From assembly GCA_963803845.1 (NCBI GenBank), contig CAWDNZ010000004.1:1932801-1996800 (forward strand): a DNA stretch of 64,000 nt. Direction: 5' to 3'. Numbering within the stretch: the first letter of the stretch is position 1; each line of letters starts with the position of its first letter. The notes under the pieces are model-generated. The model did not search any database and had not been told where the DNA came from. It saw only the letters and a list, made by a program, of their open reading frames with translations. A program made the position numbers and the translations under genes. This document shows, one piece after another, positions 28,503 through 37,000 of this stretch. Source of the DNA: an uncultured Acidimicrobiales bacterium. Its GTDB lineage: Bacteria > Actinomycetota > Acidimicrobiia > Acidimicrobiales > SZUA-35.

Positions 28503-28685
28503 ACGAACTCACTGCATGGGTCGCCCCACAATTCGGGTAGTCCCACCTATGACACATGGCATGTAGGTCACGGGGCCTTATAGGTAGAGGTTCCCAGTTG
28601 ACGCTTGGTTCATTTCCTGGGTGGCAGATAGTTGCTACCTTCGCTCTCGTAGGGTTTGATGTAACCGAACTGCGGTAAAGGCGAA

Positions 28686-29387
28686 ATGATGACGGCGCAA
28701 CACCCAATTAGTCGAGAACAAGCCCGGACAGCGGTAGACGGCGACCGCGTCGGGGTCGTTGAGTCCGCCCGCATCGAACGTCGGCGAGGACCATACGAAC
28801 GATTCTTCAAGCGAGGACTCGACATCCTCGTGGCCGGTGGTGTGCTGGTGGTGGCTTCACCGCTGCTTTGCCTCACATGGCTTGGCCTTCGTCTCACCTT
28901 GGGGCAGGGCGTGATTCTCACGCAGGATCGCGTTGGCCGCAATGGTCGACCATTCCGCATGCTCAAGTTCCGGACGATGCGTCACGACCGCCGCTCCACC
29001 GAACTGAACTTCGACGGCACCGATCGCCGTCAAACGCACAAGAGTGACGAAGATCCTCGCCACACCACGTTGGGTCGCTTCATCCGGAGTATCAGCGCCG
29101 ATGAACTCCCACAGCTGATAAACGTGCTCAAAGGGGAGATGAGCCTGGTGGGACCCCGACCCGAGTTGTACTTCGTCGCCAAGCGAAACGGCATCCTTGA
29201 TCACCCCCGCCACATTGTTCGACCGGGGCTGACCGGCCTGTTCCAAACCTCCGGTCTCCGCAGCAAGGCCGACCTGTCCGAGGGACTTCACCTCGACATG
29301 GCCTATGTGATCAATCTCTCGATGTTCAGCGACATCAAGATTTTGTTCCGCACCGTCGGTGCGCTGGTCCGCCGCACTGGAGCCTGA
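28686..29387 (+). CDS. small monotopic phosphoglycosyl transferase (bacterial sugar transferase, PglC/WbaP C-terminal type)
   Basis: 'KRGLDILVAGGVLVVASPLL', 'RVGRNGRPFRMLKFRTM', 'DELPQLINVLKGEMSLVGPRP'. Confidence 0.88.
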   Translation: MMTAQHPISREQARTAVDGDRVGVVESARIERRRGPYERFFKRGLDILVAGGVLVVASPLLCLTWLGLRLTLGQGVILTQDRVGRNGRPFRMLKFRTMRHDRRSTELNFDGTDRRQTHKSDEDPRHTTLGRFIRSISADELPQLINVLKGEMSLVGPRPELYFVAKRNGILDHPRHIVRPGLTGLFQTSGLRSKADLSEGLHLDMAYVINLSMFSDIKILFRTVGALVRRTGA

Positions 29388-29406
29388 GTCGGCCACACTA
29401 GAGGCA

Positions 29407-29940
29407 ATGAACCACGACGATCAGCGCAAGAGAGTGCTGTTCCTGTGCACAGCAAACATCTGCCGTAGCCCTACCGCTGAGTACATCGCTCGGTCTCGAT
29501 ACGGAGCAGACAAGTTTCATTTTCGTTCCGCCGGCTTCATGGCTGCGGATCGATCGTGCCCAGACGATCTGCAGAAGGTGCTCCAGGGCCGCGGCCTCTC
29601 GGTTGTGGACCACCGCAGCTACAAACTGGATCAAGACACCGTCACGGCGGCGGATCTGATCCTCACCATGGAATCGCGGCATGTGCTCGATGCCACCGTG
29701 CTGGACCGACGGGCACTACGCAAGACGTTGCCTCTCAAAGAGGCTGCGAAAACCATTCGCAACGGCGAGTCGATCGATGAATTTCTGGATCGGGTGAATG
29801 CGGCTCGCGATGCGCAGAAGTACCTGTCCGAGACCGACCTGGACGTAGCCGATCCTTACAAGAAGCGACTGAAGGCCTACGAAAAGGCAGTAGAGGAAAT
29901 CGATGCGCTCGTCACCATCGTGCTCGATGCCCTTGCCTGA
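29407..29940 (+). CDS. low-molecular-weight protein-tyrosine phosphatase (Wzb-like)
   Basis: P-loop 'VLFLCTANICRSPTAE' (C-x5-R-S) and a downstream 'DP' Asp loop ('VADPY'). ATG at 29407 chosen. Confidence 0.85.
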   Translation: MNHDDQRKRVLFLCTANICRSPTAEYIARSRYGADKFHFRSAGFMAADRSCPDDLQKVLQGRGLSVVDHRSYKLDQDTVTAADLILTMESRHVLDATVLDRRALRKTLPLKEAAKTIRNGESIDEFLDRVNAARDAQKYLSETDLDVADPYKKRLKAYEKAVEEIDALVTIVLDALA

Positions 29941-29955
29941 CCGGGGGTAGCGGGA

Positions 29956-31155
29956 TCAAGCCGGTAGTGTGCGCCAGGTAATGGATCGGTTCAGGTGGTA
30001 GTTGCCGACCGTTGCCAACAACAATCCAGCGAGCATCGCCACCGCCCGAAGTGTCCATTCGGGTTCGCTTACTCGGGCCTGCACCAGCGCTTCGGTGGCG
30101 CTCGCTACAAGAAGGCCGTGGGCGGCGACTCCGTGAAACTTCGCAAGTCCCAGTAGCCAGGCGCCCCCGTGATGACGGTAGGCGTTGAACGTGAATCGGT
30201 TGTTCCACCAGTAGTTCCAAACGACTGCCGCTTCGATTGCCAGCCACGCGGACGTCGTCGGCGCAGCCACTTGGAGCAAGGGAACATAGAGGGTGGCCCG
30301 GACAACTACGCCGGAGAGGCCAACGATTGCATAGGCGCTGAAACGAGCGGTGACGAAGCGACCGCCGGCGAGTTCCAGGAGCGCCATGAGATAGGCGACG
30401 ACGACCGAGCCCGTGAGTTTGGTGGCTCCGTGGAGTCGTTGGCCGAAACGAAAGCCGACCTCGGTCACCACCGGCGGCGAACCGGTGGCGAGGAATTCGA
30501 GGAGAATCTTGAAGCCCTTGGGGTTGACGGCGTTTGCGACCTGTTCATAGCGGTCCCGGCTCACCACAAAGAAGCCGCTCATAGGGTCGTTGACGGGTGT
30601 CCTGAGCATCAATCTTGCGAGCTGGGCGCCGGCCCAAGACACCGTGCGCCGCCATGGGCCGAACTCTCCGTAGCTGCCGCCGGGTGCTTCTCGCGATCCG
30701 ACCGCAATGTCCGCGCCGTCATCGATGATCGCACTCACGAGGTCGGGAAGAATACGCTCATCATGTTGGAGGTCGGCGTCGAGCACGGCGAGGGTGCGAC
30801 CCCGAGCGGCACCGAATCCAGTCATCACCGCCGATGAGAGGCCACGGGCGTCGGTGCGGTGAATCACCGAGAGCCGGGGCTGATGGGCGCCGAGTTCTTG
30901 GGCGACCTCCCAGGTTCGGTCCGGAGAATCATCGTCAACGATGATCAGTTCGTAGTCCAGGTCCGCTAACGCATCCTCCAGTCGTCCCACCAAGAGGGGA
31001 ATGTTTTCTGCTTCATTGAAGGTGGGAATGATGACGCTCACCAATGGTGCAGCGTCTTCCCGGCGCTCGGTACCTCGGCGATCGACCCGCGCCACTTTGC
31101 GCGCTTGCCCCGGTGCAGGGCGGGGAGGGGAAGTCTTGGCGGCGTCGGACTGCAC
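29956..31155 (-). CDS. polyprenol-phosphate glycosyltransferase (GT2, DPM1/Ppm1-like) fused to a C-terminal GtrA-like 4-TM domain
   Basis: 'VSVIIPTFNEAENI', 'IIVDDDSPD', 'LDADLQHD', then four hydrophobic helices with a GtrA-like pattern. GTG 31155 is the longest start; the true start may be further downstream. Confidence 0.75.
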   Translation of the reverse strand: MQSDAAKTSPPRPAPGQARKVARVDRRGTERREDAAPLVSVIIPTFNEAENIPLLVGRLEDALADLDYELIIVDDDSPDRTWEVAQELGAHQPRLSVIHRTDARGLSSAVMTGFGAARGRTLAVLDADLQHDERILPDLVSAIIDDGADIAVGSREAPGGSYGEFGPWRRTVSWAGAQLARLMLRTPVNDPMSGFFVVSRDRYEQVANAVNPKGFKILLEFLATGSPPVVTEVGFRFGQRLHGATKLTGSVVVAYLMALLELAGGRFVTARFSAYAIVGLSGVVVRATLYVPLLQVAAPTTSAWLAIEAAVVWNYWWNNRFTFNAYRHHGGAWLLGLAKFHGVAAHGLLVASATEALVQARVSEPEWTLRAVAMLAGLLLATVGNYHLNRSITWRTLPA

Positions 31156-31228
31156 GGATGATCTATCGGCAGATCGGCGGTCTCAGTGCAGGTGAATCGC
31201 TGGGAAATTCGCGAGTTGATTTGGCCGG

Positions 31229-31272
31229 AAAAAAAGCTGACCCCGGGGGGCGGCGGCAGTCCCGGGGTCAGC
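31229..31272 (-). terminator. canonical intrinsic terminator (12-bp perfect GC-rich stem plus U7) in the 5' region of the GT2-GtrA gene
   Basis: The minus strand reads GCUGACCCCGGG-ACUGCCGCCGCCC-CCCGGGGUCAGC-UUUUUUU. No minus-strand coding gene ends upstream of it. Confidence 0.75.
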
Positions 31273-31438
31273 AAGTCGCGTTACTGCGAGGTAACCACGA
31301 CGCATGGAGAGGTTAGCACAGGCGTTGCTCATTGCCCTAGAAAAGCTCTTCATTTTTGAATTGTTTCGTGTGCGGCACAGTGCCCAGGCGGGTCAGACCA
31401 GCGAAGACGGTGGCGGCTACCGTGAAGGGGTGAACGCC

Positions 31439-32128
31439 ATGCCAACCGATCATCTCCCCGAAGGCGAAGCGAAAAGGCAGGCCGTACGGGAAATGTTCGA
31501 CACGATCGCTCCTCGCTATGACCTCGTGAACCGGGTCATGACATTCCGGCTCGATGTTGGCTTGCGCAAAAAGACCATGAAGACATGTGCGTTTGCGCCG
31601 AACTCGCTAGTTCTGGACCTGGCTGCCGGCACCGGCGATTTTTGCAGAGAACTTCACAAGGGCGGCCATCTGGCGGTCGGCGTGGACTTGTCCTATGGAA
31701 TGCTGGCCTCAGCCCGTACGTCGGCGCCCTTGGTGCAGGGCGACCTTCTTGCGCTGCCGGTCCTGGACCAAAGTGTCGATGGCGCCGTGTGTGGTTATGC
31801 GCTCCGCAACTTGGTGGAGTTGCCGGCATTCTTCACTGAAATGCACCGCGTTCTCCGCGTCGGGGGTCGAATTGGACTGCTCGATGTTTCCCGACCGGAC
31901 AGCCGCATCTTGCGATCAGGCTACGACGTGTACTTCAACCGAGTCGTTCCCAAGATCGGCGCACTCTTGTCGGATGCCTCCGCCTACGACTACCTGCCTC
32001 GCTCGTTGTCCTACCTTCCGGACCGCTCCGTGATGGTCCAGATGTTGCGAGACGCCGGGTTTGTCGACGTCGTGCATGACCAACTTCAGGGTGGCCTTTC
32101 GCAGCTTCTAACCGCTACGAGGGACTAG
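31439..32128 (+). CDS. menG: demethylmenaquinone / ubiquinone-menaquinone methyltransferase (UbiE/MenG family)
   Basis: 'VREMFDTIAPRYDLVNRVMTF..D..WR', SAM motif 'VLDLAAGTGD' and 'GGRIGLLD'. Confidence 0.8.
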   Translation: MPTDHLPEGEAKRQAVREMFDTIAPRYDLVNRVMTFRLDVGLRKKTMKTCAFAPNSLVLDLAAGTGDFCRELHKGGHLAVGVDLSYGMLASARTSAPLVQGDLLALPVLDQSVDGAVCGYALRNLVELPAFFTEMHRVLRVGGRIGLLDVSRPDSRILRSGYDVYFNRVVPKIGALLSDASAYDYLPRSLSYLPDRSVMVQMLRDAGFVDVVHDQLQGGLSQLLTATRD

Positions 32129-32139
32129 CCGGGAGTAGG

Positions 32140-32520
32140 ATGCACTCCGTGATCTGGTTCAATCCAAGGCATCCTCAGACCATGCAGGCGGCGGTGATAT
32201 TGGGCTATATCAGCGGAGTGTTCGGCCTTCTCCGCTCCAGTGCTCTGGGCGGCCCATTGGCTCCGATCATGCTGCTGGCGGCCCTTGGAGCGCTCGGTGG
32301 CGCGTTTGGCGTCGCCAACAACAAACGCATCGGGTGGGTGGCACTGGCTGTTGCGTCGGTGGTTGTGGCACTGTTTTTTCTCGGACTCGTGGTGTGGGCC
32401 ACACAGCAGGGTGTCAACCGGGCCATGCAGTCCCTCATCAACACAGTGTTTCCGGTGGCCCTGGTGGCGGCGGTCCTTCACCCCCAGACTCGCGAGTACA
32501 TGAAAGCCTGGTTCGACTGA
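32140..32520 (+). CDS. small integral membrane protein (about 4 TM), function unknown
   Basis: 126-aa ORF made almost entirely of hydrophobic helices; GC3-rich codon usage. Confidence 0.5.
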   Translation: MHSVIWFNPRHPQTMQAAVILGYISGVFGLLRSSALGGPLAPIMLLAALGALGGAFGVANNKRIGWVALAVASVVVALFFLGLVVWATQQGVNRAMQSLINTVFPVALVAAVLHPQTREYMKAWFD

Positions 32521-32529
32521 GTCACCGGT

Positions 32530-33636
32530 CTAGGCGGGGTCTCTCCGGTTGGCCAATTGCCCACAGGCGGCATCGATGTCGTCGCCCATCGTGGAGCGGA
32601 TGGTCACGTTGATTCCCGCCCGCCGGAGAAGGCCGGCAAAGTGCTTCACTTGTTGAGGACTGGAACCTGTGGTTGGATAACCGGGCGTGGAATTCAGAGG
32701 AATCAGATTTACGTGGGCGTCCGCTGTGCGAGCCAATCCGATCAGCTCATTTGCATCGCGATCCCGATCGTTCACGCCGCCGATCATGGCCCACTCGAAT
32801 GAGACCCGTCGGCCGGTCTTATCGCGAACAAGTCGGCAGGCCTGAATGAGCTCGTTGATGGGGTATCGGCGGTTCAGGGGAACCAGTTCGGACCGTAGGT
32901 CATCATTGGCCGCATGAAGGGAGACCGCTAGGCCCACTTGGCCGTTCGCCTCTGCAAAGCGCTCCATGGCAGGAACCAGCCCGACGGTTGAAACCGTGAT
33001 CTTTCGCGACCCGATACCGATGTCGGTAGTGATTCGCTCGATGGCGGTGAAGAGCCGTTCGAGGTTGGCCAACGGTTCGCCCATGCCCATGAACACGATA
33101 TTGGACAGCCGCTGTGGAGAAGCGGCGTCTCGGGCCCGATGCACCTGCTCGAGAATCTCTGCAACCGTCAAGTGCCGTTCGAAGCCGGCTTGGCCGGTGG
33201 CGCAGAAACTGCAGGCCATTGCACACCCAGCCTGGCTGGACACACAGACCGTGGCTCGCTCCCGGTAGCGCATCAGTACGGTCTCGACCTGAGCGCCACC
33301 GTTGAGTTCAAAGAGCCACTTGGTGGTGCGTCCGTCGGCCGAACGTTGTTCGGTGACAGGCGTGAGTGCAGGCGGGAACTCGTCCGCCAATTTGGACCGC
33401 AGCGTGAGGGGGATGGACGAGATCTGATCTGGGGACTGTCCCTTGGCATTGATTGCAGTCCACACCTGGTCGGTCCGAAAGCGCGGCTCGTCGCCGAGGA
33501 ATGCGGTCAGCGCTTCCCGGTCCAGGTCGAGGAGCGCTGGCCGGGCCGGCAGTGGGGCGCGAGCCGCTCCGGACAACGCGCCGAGATCATACTGGCGGGT
33601 TTCGGGGTCGGCCGGATCGGGAACGATGGCGCTCAC
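32530..33636 (-). CDS. rlmN: 23S rRNA/tRNA (adenine-C2)-methyltransferase, radical SAM
   Basis: 'CVSSQAGCAMACSFCATGQ' (CxxxCxxC), 'GMGEPLAN', 'LAVSLHA'. GTG at 33636 overlaps the upstream TAG by 1 nt; the ORF track extends to 33681. Confidence 0.9.
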   Translation of the reverse strand: MSAIVPDPADPETRQYDLGALSGAARAPLPARPALLDLDREALTAFLGDEPRFRTDQVWTAINAKGQSPDQISSIPLTLRSKLADEFPPALTPVTEQRSADGRTTKWLFELNGGAQVETVLMRYRERATVCVSSQAGCAMACSFCATGQAGFERHLTVAEILEQVHRARDAASPQRLSNIVFMGMGEPLANLERLFTAIERITTDIGIGSRKITVSTVGLVPAMERFAEANGQVGLAVSLHAANDDLRSELVPLNRRYPINELIQACRLVRDKTGRRVSFEWAMIGGVNDRDRDANELIGLARTADAHVNLIPLNSTPGYPTTGSSPQQVKHFAGLLRRAGINVTIRSTMGDDIDAACGQLANRRDPA

Positions 33637-34568
33637 TAGGACTCCCTTTCGGCGACTGCGGCGCGCCCCGGGATCATCCACGAGACGTCGTCGTGCACAG
33701 TGACGAAACCCAGTCGGTGATAGCTGCGCACAGCCCGCTCGTTGTGGGCTTCAACGTACAAGATCGCTTGACGCAGGCCCTGCCCATGGAGCCATTGCAG
33801 ACCGGCCGCAGTCATGGGACCGCCAAGACCGCGACCGTGGACGTCAGGATGAAGCCCAATCACCGAGATCTCCCCTAAGGCGCGCTCGTGATGAATCTGC
33901 GTCCAGCAGAAGCCATTGACCACACCATCGATTTCGGCGAGTCGGACGCCGTCTGCGCTGTGTCCAAGTTCGACGAGCTTCTGTTGCACCGATTCCGCCG
34001 TCATCCCGGCCTGATCGGGGTGCTCGGCGAATGCCGAGTTGTTCACGCGAACAATCGCCGCAACGTCCTCGGGGTTTGAGGGGTCGAGCGCCCGCGTTTC
34101 CAATGGCTCGGTGGCCACCGGCAGTTCTGCCAGCATCAAATGGAGGCGGCGGCAATTGTATGCGGTTGGCCACCGCCGCTGGATCAGCTGGATCATCTGG
34201 TCGTTCTCAGGGCGGATCCACAGTTCGGTTCCCTCGGCGGCGATGACGCTGGAGACGAGTTCGCCCAGGAGAGATTCGTGACCGGGCTGGAGAAACACTT
34301 GCATGGACCAGGGCGGTAGTGCACTGCCAGGGCGACGCATGGAAGTGCTCACCGAGGCGACACCGAGCGGCGTGCGCCGGCCATCGTTGGAGAGGATTAG
34401 TGCTACGTCACCGTCGGCGTGATGAAATCGATCGTCAGCTTGCCAGGCGGGAACGTGTTGGTTGAGGATCCGATCGCCGAAACCCAGCGCGCTGGCACGC
34501 CCATCGGCGTCATCGGGGGCATAGACACAAACCGGCACCTGTACAGGATGGCGCGGCGAGACGCTCAT
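33636..34568 (-). CDS. mshD: mycothiol synthase-like tandem GNAT acetyltransferase
   Basis: Two GNAT halves. 'IVRVNNSAFAEHPDQAGMT', 'GFCWTQIH...LGEISVIGLHPDVHGRGLG' and 'ILYVEAHNERAVRSYHRLGF' parallel M. tuberculosis MshD as recalled. Confidence 0.7.
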   Translation of the reverse strand: MSVSPRHPVQVPVCVYAPDDADGRASALGFGDRILNQHVPAWQADDRFHHADGDVALILSNDGRRTPLGVASVSTSMRRPGSALPPWSMQVFLQPGHESLLGELVSSVIAAEGTELWIRPENDQMIQLIQRRWPTAYNCRRLHLMLAELPVATEPLETRALDPSNPEDVAAIVRVNNSAFAEHPDQAGMTAESVQQKLVELGHSADGVRLAEIDGVVNGFCWTQIHHERALGEISVIGLHPDVHGRGLGGPMTAAGLQWLHGQGLRQAILYVEAHNERAVRSYHRLGFVTVHDDVSWMIPGRAAVAERES

Positions 34569-34583
34569 GCCACGTCTCGTGGA

Positions 34584-35870
34584 TCAGCTGGCCGGCCGCT
34601 CGAGCCGGACCCGTATCGACTCAGCGTGAGCTGGCAGTCCCTCCACCTCGGCGAGCGCAACGACGTGAGGTCCGAACGTGTTGAGCGCCGCCTGGTCGAT
34701 GGTGACGATGTGATGATCGCGGAGAAAATCGGTAACGGTAAGCGCCGAGGCGAAACGGGCCGATCCGTAGGTGGGCAGGACATGACTTGGCCCTGCGATG
34801 TAGTCTCCCATCGAAGCTGGAGCCAGGTGGCCGCAGAACATCGCTCCCGAATTGGTGACCCGTCGGGCCAAGCTCACCGCATCGTCGATCTGGAGTTCGA
34901 GATGCTCTGGCGCGATGGCGTCGATCACGGCGACGGCAGCGTCCCGGTCATCCACCAGCGCCACATAACCACCCTCGGCCAACGTGGAGCGCACATCTTC
35001 GGCCCGTGGGGAGGTTTCGAGGTACGCATCGCCAGCGGCGCAGACGGCTTCGGCCACCGTTTCGTCCCAGGTGACGAGCCACGCAAGACCATCGGGGCCG
35101 TGCTCGGCCTGAAGGATCACATCGATGGCGGCGTACAACGGATTGGTGGTCTGGTCTGCCACAACCACCACCTCCGAGGGGCCGGCGAACGCCGCTGCTA
35201 TTCCGACAGAACCGGCAACCTGTTGTTTTGCCAGCGCCACGTAGACGTTTCCCGGCCCCGCAATTACATCGACCGCGGGAATCGTCTCGGTGCCGTATGC
35301 CATCGCGGCGATTGCTTGCGCACCGCCAACGGCATAGATCTCGGTAACCCCTGAGAGAGCCGCAGCTGCCAAGACTTCGGGTGCCACTTTCTGGGTGGTG
35401 CGATCGGGTGGGACGCACAACGCAACTTCGGCAACCCCTGCCACCAGCGCGGGGATGGCGGTCATGACGACTGTGCTCGGGTAGATGGCGCGGCCGCCCG
35501 GCACGTAGAGGCCAGCGCGTCGGACCGGTTTCTGGAACGCCAGAACGGTCATTCCAGAGTTCTCCACCACGACCTCCGGTCGCAGTTGGTGTTCATGAAA
35601 CCTGCGCACGTTGGCAACCGAGACCTCGATCGCGGCCCGTAGTTCGGGGGAAATGCCGGCGAGGGCGGAGGCAATTTCGTCTGAACTCACCTGATAGTGA
35701 GGATTTTCCACCCCGTCGAACTTTGCGGTAAAGGCGCAGACAGCGCTGTCGCCACGATGGCGAACCTCGGCCAGGATTTCTGCCACAACGGTGCTGGGTT
35801 CATCACCGGTGAGTTCCGGGCGGGGGAGGAGACCGGCGATCGAGGTCCCGCGGCCTCGGAGGTCAAGCAT
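34584..35870 (-). CDS. hisD: histidinol dehydrogenase
   Basis: Typical HisD throughout ('LDLRG', 'GGAQAIAAMAYGT', 'GPGNVYV', 'AGPSEVVVVAD', 'QAEHGPD', 'GDYIAGPSHVLPT'). ATG at 35870 (MLDLRG...) chosen; the longer GTG 35942 start abuts a terminator U-tract. Confidence 0.93.
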   Translation of the reverse strand: MLDLRGRGTSIAGLLPRPELTGDEPSTVVAEILAEVRHRGDSAVCAFTAKFDGVENPHYQVSSDEIASALAGISPELRAAIEVSVANVRRFHEHQLRPEVVVENSGMTVLAFQKPVRRAGLYVPGGRAIYPSTVVMTAIPALVAGVAEVALCVPPDRTTQKVAPEVLAAAALSGVTEIYAVGGAQAIAAMAYGTETIPAVDVIAGPGNVYVALAKQQVAGSVGIAAAFAGPSEVVVVADQTTNPLYAAIDVILQAEHGPDGLAWLVTWDETVAEAVCAAGDAYLETSPRAEDVRSTLAEGGYVALVDDRDAAVAVIDAIAPEHLELQIDDAVSLARRVTNSGAMFCGHLAPASMGDYIAGPSHVLPTYGSARFASALTVTDFLRDHHIVTIDQAALNTFGPHVVALAEVEGLPAHAESIRVRLERPAS

Positions 35871-35944
35871 TTTGAGCACGGGCCAAACGGTATCTGGTGT
35901 GCCGTGTGAGCGGGATGCCGGCGACCGATGCTCATGAAACACGA

Positions 35945-35985
35945 GCGAAAAAGAACACCGGCGTCCCCCGAAGGAGACGCCGGCG
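35945..35985 (-). terminator. canonical intrinsic terminator (13-bp stem, UUCG loop, U-rich tail) about 75 nt upstream of the hisD start
   Basis: The minus strand reads CGCCGGCGUCUCC-UUCG-GGGGACGCCGGUG-UUCUUUUUCG. No convincing minus-strand coding ORF ends upstream of it. Confidence 0.75.
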
Positions 35986-36157
35986 GCGCAATTCGGGGCG
36001 GCGGATCCCCGATATCGCTGCTACCAGGTGGCGGGAACCTGGTACTGGGCAACTTAACCTAATATTTGCTCCTGTGGGTGGATTCCCCGGGGGCGGTCTG
36101 GAGCCCCGATATTCTCAAGCGGTGAGCCTTGATCGAGTGGCCCTGGGAACAATTGCG

Positions 36158-36307
36158 ATGGGCTTGGATGACCTGATCGCCCGTTTGGAGGCGGAGACGG
36201 CCACCGCATCCGAAAGCGATGAAATCGCGATCGCGCTCCTCGACGTGGAACGGCAGCTTCATAGCTGCGCAAGACGCTTGAATGCAACCCTTCGGCAACG
36301 CAGCTGA
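36158..36307 (+). CDS. possible small helical protein (49 aa)
   Basis: ATG-initiated ORF 'MGLDDLIARLEAETATASESDEIAIALLDVERQLHSCARRLNATLRQRS' with mostly G/C third positions, in an otherwise empty 540-nt intergenic region. No family recognised. Confidence 0.25.
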   Translation: MGLDDLIARLEAETATASESDEIAIALLDVERQLHSCARRLNATLRQRS

Positions 36308-36409
36308 TCCGATTTCAGCGATCTGCAGGAGCCGGGCGCCGGGTGGAAACAGGACGGGGATCGGGAGCGTTTCGGCGGCACCCTGAGGATTCAGCGGCAC
36401 ACTGGGAGG

Positions 36410-37000
36410 GTGCGTACCGCTTCCCGTTCCCGCAAGACTGCTGAGACGTCCATAGAAGTCTCGATCGACCTAGACGGCACCGGAGTGACCAACATCTCCA
36501 CCGGCCTCCCGTTCTATGACCACATGCTGGATCAGCTGGGCCGTCATGGGGGTTTCGACTTGAACGTCCAAGCCCAAGGAGACCTCCACATCGATGCTCA
36601 CCACACCGTGGAAGACACCGCCATTGTCCTGGGTGATGCCTTTTCCGACGCCCTTGGTGACAAGGCAGGAGTTCGACGCTTCGCCAGCGGCTTCTACCCA
36701 CTGGACGAAGCACTTGTCCGAGTGGCCTTGGATCTGTCCGGCCGGCCCTTCACGGTGTGGAACGCCAAGATGCCCGAGGCGATCCCGCTCGGTATGCCAC
36801 CGTTCGACCCTTCTCTGGCCGAGCATGTGATGCAGAGTTTTGCCACCGCCGCCGGCATCACGCTGCATGTCGAACTGGTCTATGGAACCAACGTGCATCA
36901 CATCATCGAGGCCTCGTTCAAGGGTCTGGCTCGATGCCTCCGGGATGCTGTCCGAGTCGAGGATGCTGCCGGCATACCCTCCACCAAAGGCACCTTGTGA
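36410..37000 (+). CDS. hisB: imidazoleglycerol-phosphate dehydratase
   Basis: 'RKTAETSIEVSIDLDG', 'DAHHTVEDTAIVLG', 'HHIIEASFKGLAR'. GTG start preceded by GGGAGG. Confidence 0.95.
   Translation: MRTASRSRKTAETSIEVSIDLDGTGVTNISTGLPFYDHMLDQLGRHGGFDLNVQAQGDLHIDAHHTVEDTAIVLGDAFSDALGDKAGVRRFASGFYPLDEALVRVALDLSGRPFTVWNAKMPEAIPLGMPPFDPSLAEHVMQSFATAAGITLHVELVYGTNVHHIIEASFKGLARCLRDAVRVEDAAGIPSTKGTL

Noticed and set aside
31205-31232. Similarity of 'gggaaattcgcgagttgatttggcc' (plus strand) to the 3' flank of the 10.7-kb element ('gggcagaaattcgcaggctgatcggg', minus strand).
   Set aside because: It rests mainly on one shared 8-mer (AAATTCGC) plus scattered matches. The orientation is inconsistent with the nearby degenerate TTCACCT motif, and the match is within chance expectation for this window size.
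31229-31310. Identification of the two-hairpin RNA upstream of GT2-GtrA as the actinobacterial 6C sRNA.
   Set aside because: Only the terminator loop is C-rich; the first hairpin loop (CUCGCA) is not. The genomic context does not resemble what I recall for 6C, and a covariance-model search is needed.
34419-35354. 311-aa plus-strand ORF and 35897-36307 136-aa ORF overlapping hisD or the spacer.
   Set aside because: The first is antisense to a well-supported hisD. The second has no coding-like composition in its 5' two-thirds and runs through the terminator hairpin. Only its last 49 codons, from the ATG at 36158, were kept as a low-confidence feature.
35986-36060. T-box riboswitch assignment for the hisD leader.
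   Set aside because: Only a 'UGGUA' fragment resembles the T-box core. I could not build a specifier loop or a canonical antiterminator by hand. It is kept as a hypothesis to test with a covariance model, not as a call.
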